In this document: piece by piece, positions 9,038 to 17,159 of the stretch
Layout: each line of letters opens with the position of its first letter
Position numbering within the stretch: position 1 is the first letter of the stretch
DNA from: Pseudothermotoga sp.
GTDB lineage: Bacteria; Thermotogota; Thermotogae; Thermotogales; DSM-5069
Assembly (NCBI GenBank): GCA_041640575.1
Contig: JBEPZZ010000031.1
Span: 1-20,440 of the forward strand
Length of the DNA: 20,440 bases
Direction of reading: 5' to 3'
The notes under the pieces: model-generated
What the model was told of the DNA's origin: nothing
What the model saw: the letters and a program-made list of their open reading frames with translations, nothing else
The model's database searches: none
Program-made: the position numbers and the translations under genes

Positions 9038-9046
9038 TGGTACAAT
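9038..9046 (+). promoter_or_regulatory. Possible extended -10 promoter for the 9078 gene
   Basis: TGg-TACAAT about 30 nt upstream of ATG 9078, in an AT-rich context. Confidence 0.4.
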
Positions 9047-9077
9047 ATTGTAAAGAAAATTAACCGGGGGGATCTAT

Positions 9078-10205
9078 ATGAAACAGCTAGCCATTTCCTT
9101 GCTGATAACTGTTTTCTCGACTTTGCTTACAGCTTATGATGCAATTGATATGCAAATATTGCTGAATCGTCAGTACCATGATTGTGCAAACTACGTGATT
9201 CTTACGAGTGATGAATGTTATCTTATCGCCGGCTGGGCTATTTCAAAGAATCGATCTTTGGATGGGCTGGCCGTAAAAGTTGGAAAAGATGGTGATTTGT
9301 TTTTTGAAAAAATACTTGGCTCAGAGTATGAAGATGAGTTTAACGTAGCTTTAGAATGCGACGGATATTATTTTCTTGCTGGTTCAACTTTCGATTTGAA
9401 TACAAATTATGAGGCCTGGATAGTGAAGCTAGACAAAAATGGACAAAAGATTCTAGAAAGGACTTTCGGTGGGCAAAAGCGTGATGAAATTCTTGCAGGA
9501 ATCGTTACAAGTGAAAAGAACTTACTTTTTGTTGGACGTTCAACCTCTCGTGGGAAAGGCGAGACAGACGTTTATGTTTTGAAGCTTGATCTAGATTTAA
9601 ATTTGATTTGGGAGAGAACCTTTGGTGGTTTTTCTTTGGATGAAGCTTACAGTGTTTTGCAGGTCAACGATGGATATTTGATGGTTGGTTTTTCAGAATC
9701 ATTTTCTGTAGACGAAGACGTTTATGTCATCAAACTGGATTTCGACGGTAACTTGATCTTTGAGAAGTCTTATCAATTTGCTGGGTTAGAAAAGGTGGTT
9801 GATGTGATACCTACATCCGATGGTTTTCTTATGGTTGGTTTCACTTGGGATGGACTAAGCGATGATGCTGATGGACTAATGATGAAAATCGACTCTTCTG
9901 GGAATTTGATTTGGAAAAAAACTTTTGGAACCAAAGGGTGGGAACAATTTAATAAGATCTTGAGATGGGGGAAGAATATTTTACTGGTTGGTTTTGCAAA
10001 GAACGAATTCACGAAAGGATATGATGTTTACGTTGTGAAAACTGATGAACAAGGAAACTTTTTAGGTGAAATCTATTCGAATATTGAAGGTTCAGATTTT
10101 GCCAAATGTGCTGTATTAGCTGATGGCGAACTTATTACCGCTGGATGGATTGATAGCCCTGAACCATACATGTGGGACGTCTTAGTGCTGAAGATCAGAT
10201 TCTAA
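9078..10205 (+). CDS. Secreted repeat protein, predicted 7-bladed beta-propeller, function unknown
   Basis: Hydrophobic N-terminal signal (MKQLAISLLITVFSTLLTA). Seven ~50-aa repeats of consensus LxWE[RK]TFGGxxxDExxxxxxxxDGYLxVG...DVYVxKxDxxGN. Confidence 0.8.
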   Translation: MKQLAISLLITVFSTLLTAYDAIDMQILLNRQYHDCANYVILTSDECYLIAGWAISKNRSLDGLAVKVGKDGDLFFEKILGSEYEDEFNVALECDGYYFLAGSTFDLNTNYEAWIVKLDKNGQKILERTFGGQKRDEILAGIVTSEKNLLFVGRSTSRGKGETDVYVLKLDLDLNLIWERTFGGFSLDEAYSVLQVNDGYLMVGFSESFSVDEDVYVIKLDFDGNLIFEKSYQFAGLEKVVDVIPTSDGFLMVGFTWDGLSDDADGLMMKIDSSGNLIWKKTFGTKGWEQFNKILRWGKNILLVGFAKNEFTKGYDVYVVKTDEQGNFLGEIYSNIEGSDFAKCAVLADGELITAGWIDSPEPYMWDVLVLKIRF

Positions 10206-11044
10206 TTGCTTAAAAGTTTTTTTGCAAGAATTTCCGAAAGATTTTCTTCGAATTTTTCAAATGTGATATGTGAAAATCTATTTTTGAAAGTTTCCTCATA
10301 ATATTTCATATTGAACATACCGCCGTGTAGAAAAACAGTTTTTGAACCTGTCAGCTGAATTACCTTTTTTGTTCTTCTTACTAGCATCTGAATCTCTTTA
10401 TTGATGATATTCAAAACAAGACTAGTGTTGGGCATTATCTTTGTGAAGGAAGCTATCTTTTCTTTGAAATCTTCTTGCCGTTGAAGGTCGACAAGATCCT
10501 CTATTTTTTGTACGTTAAAGTACTCAAGTAGTGAATCAAAAACAGCATCGTATTTTGCTAATCCGTCTCGAAATTCCAAAGCCTTTCTTATTATTTGGCA
10601 GGATATACTGAAACCACTACCTTCATCATCGAAAAGATGTCCCCAACCTCCTGCTCTGATGATTTTTTGTTCTCTTGTTATTCCCATGACGATAGAACCT
10701 GTTCCTGCTATCACAACGACTACTGGCTGACCTGAAAAACAAGCAAGCAGAGTTGCCTCGGCATCAGTGAAAACCTTGAGTTGCGCATGAGGATAATACT
10801 TTTTAAACAGATTTATCAGTAGGTTTTTTCTTTGTTCACTTCCTGCACCTGAGAAGCCAGCCTGGATCAGATCAACTGAACCTGACCACATGTGTACTTT
10901 TTCGAAAATCTCGCTTAATCTATCCTCACCAACAGCAGAAAGATTAACGCCGCTCTCGAAGATTTTATACTTCAGGATTTGAAAATTTTCGCTTACTGCT
11001 GCTCTTAATTTTGTCCCTCCGCCTTCGATTCCAAGGATTTTCAT
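10202..11044 (-). CDS. BadF/BadG/BcrA/BcrD-family sugar kinase (GlcNAc/MurNAc kinase, MurK-like)
   Basis: GIEGGGTK phosphate-1 motif, AGFSGAG, TDAEA, VIAGTGSI, RAGGWGHLFDDEGSG and LHGGMF. SD GAGGTGA upstream. Confidence 0.88.
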   Translation of the reverse strand: MKILGIEGGGTKLRAAVSENFQILKYKIFESGVNLSAVGEDRLSEIFEKVHMWSGSVDLIQAGFSGAGSEQRKNLLINLFKKYYPHAQLKVFTDAEATLLACFSGQPVVVVIAGTGSIVMGITREQKIIRAGGWGHLFDDEGSGFSISCQIIRKALEFRDGLAKYDAVFDSLLEYFNVQKIEDLVDLQRQEDFKEKIASFTKIMPNTSLVLNIINKEIQMLVRRTKKVIQLTGSKTVFLHGGMFNMKYYEETFKNRFSHITFEKFEENLSEILAKKLLSN

Positions 11045-11089
11045 GTTTTTTCACCTCTTTGTTGTTGTATATACTTTTTCAAGATATAA

Positions 11090-11121
11090 TGTTATTACAT
11101 AATAAGTGTTATAGCATAATA
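11090..11121. repeat. Imperfect 15-bp direct repeat in the kinase promoter region
   Basis: TGTTATTACATAATA (11090-11104) and TGTTATAGCATAATA (11107-11121), 13/15 identical. Confidence 0.5.
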
Positions 11122-11190
11122 TACAATTTAATTACCCATTTTATTTTATCATATTCGATAATTGGTTTTTATCTATAATTTGCTTTATCA

Positions 11191-11235
11191 TTCTCGTTTT
11201 TTCTCGTTGTTTCTCTGATTTTCTCATGGATGCTC
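11191..11235. repeat. 10-bp-phased TTCTC repeat array, putative operator
   Basis: TTCTC at 11191, 11201, 11211 and 11221, and TGCTC at 11231, ending 3 nt before TTGACA. Confidence 0.65.
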
Positions 11236-11238
11236 GAT

Positions 11239-11270
11239 TTGACAAAAGATGTTAACTGATTGATTATATC
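11239..11270 (+). promoter_or_regulatory. Putative promoter of the ABC importer operon
   Basis: Perfect TTGACA at 11239-11244. The -10 is imperfect (GATTAT at 17-nt spacing). SD GGGAGGTG before ATG 11299. Confidence 0.5.
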
Positions 11271-11298
11271 TATGGACGCTTCATAGGGAGGTGCTAGG

Positions 11299-13074
11299 AT
11301 GAAAAAGTTTGTCCTTTTGTTAGTCCTCGTTTTTGCTGCGACTTTTCTACTTGCAGCAGAGTATTTGACTGTCGACAAAATCTTAACTCCAGATTCGAAT
11401 CCCAAAATTGGGGGAACCCTGAGACTTGTTCTTGCTTCAACTCCGGAATCCTTTTTAATGTACGGTACACTTGACAGCGCTGCGTACACACTCACAATGG
11501 GTCCTATGTTCTCGCCACTAGTTGAAATGCATCCTGTGACCTTCGAAATTGGTCCGGCACTTGCGAAGTCTTGGCAAGTTTCGCCAAACGGAAAAGAAGT
11601 CACTTTCTACATCAGAGAGGCCTATTGGTCAGATGGCACACCAATAACTTCTGATGATGTTATATTCACGTTCCAGTACTTTGTCATGAACAAAGCTGCT
11701 AGAGGTAATTCCATTGACCGCTTCACAATACCCGATGAAACCGGCGTTAACAAAGCAGTTCTTTGGCAAAAAATCGATGACAAAACTGTCAAGGCTATTC
11801 TCCCATCTCCATACGGTGCATTCTTCACGGTACTTTCACACGTGTATATTTATCCAAGGCATAAACTAGAGCCTCTGATCGACAAGAATGATCTTGCATC
11901 CGTCAACAAACTTTGGCTTTCAAATGTCGATCCAAAGGAAATTGTTGTGAATGGTCCTTTCAAGCTTGTGCAGGTTGTAACGGATCAAAAAGTAGTTCTG
12001 GAGCGAAACCCATACTTCTGGAAGGTCGACAGATTTGGGAACAGACTTCCTTACTTTGACAGGGTTGAGTACATGATAATAAGAGATGCCGAAATGAGGC
12101 TAGCAAAATTTATCGCTGGAGAAATTGATCAACTTGGTGTGTCTGGTAAGGACTATCCTATGCTCAAAAAGATGGAATTAGAGGGAAAGGCTTCGTTCAA
12201 AGTCTACGCCCCACAACCAACTGGTGCAACACCAAGTCCGATTCACATTTCTTTCAACTTCGATGTAGACGACCCAGATTTGAAAGAACTTTTTGCAAAA
12301 CTTGAATTTCGTGAAGCTATGGAATATGCACTCGACAGGGAAAGGATCATCGATGAAGTCTTTGGCGGTCTGGCAATACCAGATGCAGGTTTGATGCTTC
12401 CTTCAAACAAGGCATTCTACAACCCGAAGGTTGAGGAACTCTTGAGGCCGTATAACTTGAAAAAGGCTAACGAGCTTCTTGACAAAATTGGCCTAACGAA
12501 AAAAGATAAGGATGGGTTTAGGCTCTTTCCAAATGGCAAGAGAGTTGAATTCAATTTACTTGTCCAGAACTCACCAAAAGAATACCAGGATGTTGCATAT
12601 ATATTTGCAGAAGATTTGAAAAAGATAGGTGTAAAAGCTAATCTTCAGATCTTAGATTCATCCTTGGTCGGTCAAATGTTTGGTGCAGGCAATTTCCAAG
12701 CTGGTATAAGAGCCTTTGGTAATCAACCCGATCCACAACTCAGAAAGGCCATCTGGCAACCAGGAACTCAGCTTTACTATTGGCACTATTCAACGATGGA
12801 TAAAACTGCCGATCCACCAAAACCTGTTTTTGAAAAGATGTTTGACTGGGAAAAACGCATATGGGAATTGTTCGAAAAAGGTCAAATTGAGATGGATCCA
12901 GTCAAAAGAAAGGCATATTACGATGAATGGCAAGAACTTTATCACATCTATCTACCTGTCATTTTCGTTTGCAAAGGCATGCCACTTGTCGGGATCAATA
13001 ACACATTGGGTAACGCAGGTCTAACAGAAGATGGCTCACTGTATTTCACCGTTTACACAAGTTACAGAAAATAG
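11299..13074 (+). CDS. ABC importer substrate-binding protein, family 5 (OppA/DppA-like)
   Basis: Sec signal without a lipobox Cys. Family-5 signature PALAKSWQVSPNGKEVTFYIREAYWSDGTPITSDDVIFT, NGPF, LERNPYFW, FREAMEYALDR. Confidence 0.95.
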   Translation: MKKFVLLLVLVFAATFLLAAEYLTVDKILTPDSNPKIGGTLRLVLASTPESFLMYGTLDSAAYTLTMGPMFSPLVEMHPVTFEIGPALAKSWQVSPNGKEVTFYIREAYWSDGTPITSDDVIFTFQYFVMNKAARGNSIDRFTIPDETGVNKAVLWQKIDDKTVKAILPSPYGAFFTVLSHVYIYPRHKLEPLIDKNDLASVNKLWLSNVDPKEIVVNGPFKLVQVVTDQKVVLERNPYFWKVDRFGNRLPYFDRVEYMIIRDAEMRLAKFIAGEIDQLGVSGKDYPMLKKMELEGKASFKVYAPQPTGATPSPIHISFNFDVDDPDLKELFAKLEFREAMEYALDRERIIDEVFGGLAIPDAGLMLPSNKAFYNPKVEELLRPYNLKKANELLDKIGLTKKDKDGFRLFPNGKRVEFNLLVQNSPKEYQDVAYIFAEDLKKIGVKANLQILDSSLVGQMFGAGNFQAGIRAFGNQPDPQLRKAIWQPGTQLYYWHYSTMDKTADPPKPVFEKMFDWEKRIWELFEKGQIEMDPVKRKAYYDEWQELYHIYLPVIFVCKGMPLVGINNTLGNAGLTEDGSLYFTVYTSYRK

Positions 13075-13092
13075 CCAAGATCGCTTGGTTTT

Positions 13093-13127
13093 AAAAAACA
13101 GCTTCCCCTCACCGGGGAAGCTTTTTT
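13093..13127 (+). terminator. Intra-operon terminator-like hairpin after the binding-protein gene
   Basis: AGCTTCCCC-TCACC-GGGGAAGCT followed by TTTTT and preceded by an A-run, immediately before SD AGGAGG (13128-13133). Confidence 0.75.
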
Positions 13128-13144
13128 AGGAGGTCTTCACGCAA

Positions 13145-14110
13145 ATGTGGTCTTTCATTATTAGAAGAATTTTGATAATGATTCCCATGATGTTCGTCGT
13201 ATCAATCATTTGTTTTGTGATCACCGAACTTCAACCTGGAGATTTTATTTCGCAATATCTTGAGAATCCCAGAATCACTCCACAGATGGTTGAAACATTG
13301 AAAAAAGAACTCGGTCTAGATAAACCAGCTACTTATAGATATTTCGCGTGGATTAGAAATATAGTTTTCAAAGGGGATTTTGGCTACTCTTTCGCGTATC
13401 AAAGGCCTGTTTTTGATTTGATCTGGGAGAGGCTTGGTTGGACGGTTGGGATAACTTTACTCACGATTATTTTTCAGTGGCTTATCTCTATTCCAATGGG
13501 CATATACGCGGCATTTCATCCTCATTCGCCTGCAGATTATACACTTTCTGTTATAGGGCTCATAGGAATTTCTATTCCAGACTTTTTCTTTGCGCTTGTG
13601 CTGATTTATGTAGTACTGCGCTTCGGTGGTAGTGCCATTGGTGGACTATTTTCACCACAGTTCATAGGCGCACCCTGGAGCTGGGATAAATTTGTTGACC
13701 TGTTAAAACATATATGGCTTCCCATTGTCGTCGTTGGAATCGATTTCGGTGGCTTGATGAGACTCATGCGTGGCAACATGCTCGATATAATAGGCTCTCC
13801 TTTCATAACAGCTCTAAGAGCAAGGGGACTACATGAAAAAGTTGTCAGACAGCATGCAGTGAAAAATGCCTTGAACCCATTTGTAAGTATTGCAGGTATG
13901 CAACTTCCAAACGTCTTCAGTGGAACGATCATCGTCTCAATCATTCTCAACCTGCCAACGATAGGTCCGTTTTTCTACAACGCTTTGTTAAACCACGATC
14001 AATACCTTGTGATGGGTTTTTTGATGTTCATTGCTCTGATAACTCAAATTGGGAACCTACTTTCGGATATAGGTCTTGCACTGCTTGACCCAAGGATAAG
14101 AATCAGTTGA
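13145..14110 (+). CDS. ABC importer permease (OppB/DppB-like)
   Basis: FIIRRIL start, LGLDKP, GDFGYS, EAA-loop FITALRARGL...HAVKNAL, C-terminal LDPRI. Confidence 0.95.
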   Translation: MWSFIIRRILIMIPMMFVVSIICFVITELQPGDFISQYLENPRITPQMVETLKKELGLDKPATYRYFAWIRNIVFKGDFGYSFAYQRPVFDLIWERLGWTVGITLLTIIFQWLISIPMGIYAAFHPHSPADYTLSVIGLIGISIPDFFFALVLIYVVLRFGGSAIGGLFSPQFIGAPWSWDKFVDLLKHIWLPIVVVGIDFGGLMRLMRGNMLDIIGSPFITALRARGLHEKVVRQHAVKNALNPFVSIAGMQLPNVFSGTIIVSIILNLPTIGPFFYNALLNHDQYLVMGFLMFIALITQIGNLLSDIGLALLDPRIRIS

Positions 14111-14119
14111 GGTGGTTGA

Positions 14120-15208
14120 ATGAATGCAAGAACAAAAAGAGTTCTGACTCAATTCAAAAGGCATAAACTGGGTGTCATTGGCTTTTGGATCCTAGTAATA
14201 CTTTATGTGATGGTCATTTTTTCAGATTTCATTGCTCCTTATAATTTTGCAGAATCACATCGAAATTTTACGTATGCTCCTCCAACAAGGATAAGAATCT
14301 TTCATGAAGGAAAATTGACAAGACCATTTATTTATGGCCTGAAAAGGACTAGGGATCCTGTTACCTTTATGATCAAATATGAGGAAGATAGAACAAGAAT
14401 ATATCCTGTAACATTCTTTGTGCGCGGCGAAAAGTATAAATTCTGGAATTTGTTTGAGACGGATATCCATCTTTTCGGAATAAAGGCTGATTCAAGAGAA
14501 GCGATGATTTTGATCTTTGGTGCCGACAGATTTGGGAGAGATCTTTTCTCCAGAATCTTAGTTGGTGGTCGAGTATCTATGACAGTTGGACTTGTTGGGA
14601 CTTTGATAAGCGTGGTTATTGGAGCCATAATTGGAGCCTTTTCCGGATATTATGGAGGTTGGATCGACGTGTTGATTCAAAGATTTATCGAACTGCTTCG
14701 ATCGTTTCCAAGGATACCACTTTGGCTTGCCCTTTCTGTCATTCTCCCCCCCAGTTGGCCAAGCACGTGGGTCTATTTCGGGATAGTTATAGTTCTTTCC
14801 CTAATAGGTTGGATGGGGGTTGCAAGGGTTGTTAGAGGTATGGTCCTGAGCCTAAGGGAGAAGGAATTTATCTTGGCCGCAAAAGCTGCAGGTGTATCAG
14901 ATTTTAAGATAATTCGCAAGCATCTAATCCCAAATATCATGATCTATCTGAGAGTTGTTTCAACTCTTTCAATACCAGGAATGATTCTTGGTGAAAGTAC
15001 TATCAGTTTTCTTGGACTGGGTATAAAAGAACCAATGACAAGTTGGGGACTTTTACTTTCTCAAGCTCAATCTATCTCTGCCATCGCGACAAGTCCGTGG
15101 CTGTTGACGCCTGGGATATTCATAATGTTGGCGGTTTTGGCATTTAACTTCGTTGGTGATGGCTTGAGAGACGCACTCGATCCATATAGGACGGTTGAGA
15201 AAGCATGA
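14120..15208 (+). CDS. ABC importer permease (OppC/DppC-like)
   Basis: FGADRFGRDLFSRILVGGRVS, EFILAAKAAG...HLIPN, SFLGLG, NFVGDGLRDALDP. Confidence 0.95.
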   Translation: MNARTKRVLTQFKRHKLGVIGFWILVILYVMVIFSDFIAPYNFAESHRNFTYAPPTRIRIFHEGKLTRPFIYGLKRTRDPVTFMIKYEEDRTRIYPVTFFVRGEKYKFWNLFETDIHLFGIKADSREAMILIFGADRFGRDLFSRILVGGRVSMTVGLVGTLISVVIGAIIGAFSGYYGGWIDVLIQRFIELLRSFPRIPLWLALSVILPPSWPSTWVYFGIVIVLSLIGWMGVARVVRGMVLSLREKEFILAAKAAGVSDFKIIRKHLIPNIMIYLRVVSTLSIPGMILGESTISFLGLGIKEPMTSWGLLLSQAQSISAIATSPWLLTPGIFIMLAVLAFNFVGDGLRDALDPYRTVEKA

Positions 15209-16173
15209 TTCTGGAAGTTAGAAATCTCAAAACCTACTTTAACAGCCCAGATGGACTTGTCAAAGCTGTTGATGGTATCTGCTTTGAGCTTGAGAGAGGT
15301 GAAACCTTGGCATTGGTTGGTGAATCAGGTTGTGGAAAGAGCGTAACCGCTTTGACGATAATGGGATTGATCAAATCACCACCGGCAAGGATTGAAGGAA
15401 GCATAAAGCTGGATGGTATTGAACTTATAGGTTTATCAAACGAAGAATACAGAAAAATAAGGGGAAAAAGAATATCAATGATTTTCCAAGAACCAATGGC
15501 TTCTTTTGATCCGCTTTATACGATTGGTAAACAAATGAAGGAAGTTGCCATGACACATTTCGATCTTAGCGAAGACCAAGCCAAAGAAAAGTGTATAGAG
15601 ATGATGAAAAAGGTTCACATACCGCTTGCAGAAAAAAGATTTGATGAATATCCTCATGAAATGAGTGGAGGAATGCTGCAAAGAATAATGATTGCCATGT
15701 CCTTACTGACAAATCCTGACATACTAATAGCTGACGAACCTACAACAGCTTTGGATGTTACCATACAAGCTCAAATATTGAATTTGATGAAAGAACTTCA
15801 GCAAATGTTCAACATGTCTATGATTTTCATAACTCATGATTTTGGTGTTGTTGCAGAAATGGCGGACAGAGTTCACGTTATGTACGCTGGTAAAATAGTC
15901 GAAAAAGCCACGGTGAAAAAGCTTTTTAGCGATCCTAAACATCCATACACTCAAGGATTGCTTCAATCACGCGTTAAAAAAGATTACAAAGGTAAATTGC
16001 TGCCATTCATACCTGGAAACGTACCACTTGCTACAAACTTTCCAGATGGTTGCAGATTCCATCCAAGGTGTCCCTATGCTATGGAGATATGCAAGAAACA
16101 GTCTCCTATAGAGATCAATCTTGGGGACAGTTCTGTAATGTGCTGGCTTTATGCGGGCAGGGATGTGCAATGA
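15205..16173 (+). CDS. ABC importer ATPase (OppD/DppD-like)
   Basis: GESGCGKS, YPHEMSGGMLQR, LIADEPT, HPYT and a C-terminal Cys cluster GCRFHPRC...C...C. ATGA overlap with the upstream permease. Confidence 0.96.
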   Translation: MILEVRNLKTYFNSPDGLVKAVDGICFELERGETLALVGESGCGKSVTALTIMGLIKSPPARIEGSIKLDGIELIGLSNEEYRKIRGKRISMIFQEPMASFDPLYTIGKQMKEVAMTHFDLSEDQAKEKCIEMMKKVHIPLAEKRFDEYPHEMSGGMLQRIMIAMSLLTNPDILIADEPTTALDVTIQAQILNLMKELQQMFNMSMIFITHDFGVVAEMADRVHVMYAGKIVEKATVKKLFSDPKHPYTQGLLQSRVKKDYKGKLLPFIPGNVPLATNFPDGCRFHPRCPYAMEICKKQSPIEINLGDSSVMCWLYAGRDVQ

Positions 16174-17156
16174 ATAGTTTAAATAGTTTAATGAAGCTTG
16201 AAAAGGTAAAGAAATACTTTCCTATACGAGCTGGGGTATTTTTACAAGTAGTTGGATGGGTGAAAGCTCTTGAGGATACAGATTTGGAAATAAGGGAAAA
16301 TGAAGTAGTCGGAGTGGTTGGGGAATCTGGTTGTGGGAAGACAACTCTCGGAAGAATAGTTGCTAAAATTCTAGAGCCAACTTCCGGTACAATCTACTTC
16401 AAGGATCAAGATGTTACGAAAAAAGTTGCCAAAGATTTGCTGAAAGACTTTAGAAGAAACGTTCAAATCATCTTCCAAGATCCATTCAGTTCACTTGATC
16501 CAAGGATGTCTATTCGAGAAATCATAGCCGAACCTCTGGATGCTCACAGAGTTTTTCAGTCCAAAAAGGAGCAAGACGAGTACATAGAATTTCTCATCCA
16601 GAAAGTTGGGTTGTACAAAGAGTACCTTGTTCGTTACCCTCACGAATTTTCTGGTGGACAGAGGCAAAGAATTGCTATAGCAAGAGCAATTGCTCTGAAG
16701 CCAAAAATTATAGTTTGTGATGAACCTACCTCGGCGTTGGATATTTCGATTCAGAGTCAGATAATAAATCTTTTACAGCAACTGAGAGAAGAGTACAAAA
16801 TCTCATATCTGTTCATTTCACACAATTTGGATGTTGTTTACCACATGAGTAACCGATTAATAGTCATGTATCTTGGCAATGTTGTCGAAAGTGGTGATTC
16901 GAACGAGGTTTTTGAAAATCCTCTTCATCCTTATACAAAAGCATTGATGGATTCAACACCAAGCTGGGACCCAGAGGTTAAAAAGACATCTAAAATAAAG
17001 CTTTTTGGAGAACCACCAAGTCCAGTTGATCCACCAAAAGGATGTCCTTTCGTCACACGCTGCCCAGTCAAGATCGATAAGTGTGAGAAGGAGAAGCCAA
17101 AACTATCTGGCAACGAAAAACACAAAGTTGCTTGCTTTTTATGGGAGGGAAAATAA
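16170..17156 (+). CDS. ABC importer ATPase (OppF/DppF-like)
   Basis: GESGCGKT, YPHEFSGGQRQR, VCDEPT, HPYT, GCPFVTRC. Start taken at the ATGA overlap at 16170; the alternative is 16191. Confidence 0.95.
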   Translation: MNSLNSLMKLEKVKKYFPIRAGVFLQVVGWVKALEDTDLEIRENEVVGVVGESGCGKTTLGRIVAKILEPTSGTIYFKDQDVTKKVAKDLLKDFRRNVQIIFQDPFSSLDPRMSIREIIAEPLDAHRVFQSKKEQDEYIEFLIQKVGLYKEYLVRYPHEFSGGQRQRIAIARAIALKPKIIVCDEPTSALDISIQSQIINLLQQLREEYKISYLFISHNLDVVYHMSNRLIVMYLGNVVESGDSNEVFENPLHPYTKALMDSTPSWDPEVKKTSKIKLFGEPPSPVDPPKGCPFVTRCPVKIDKCEKEKPKLSGNEKHKVACFLWEGK

Positions 17157-17159
17157 GTA

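Noticed and set aside
11109..11136. dif-like site on the minus strand (GGTAATTAAAT-TGTATA-TTATGCTATAA, 19/28 to E. coli dif by manual count)
   Set aside because: The XerC arm lacks the ATAA next to the core, the region is a very AT-rich promoter, and there is no change in gene-orientation bias. A whole-genome GC-skew analysis would settle it.
16050..16169. N-terminal extension of the second importer ATPase
   Set aside because: It overlaps the upstream ATPase's conserved Cys-rich C-terminus. The ATGA coupling at 16170 is the more plausible start.
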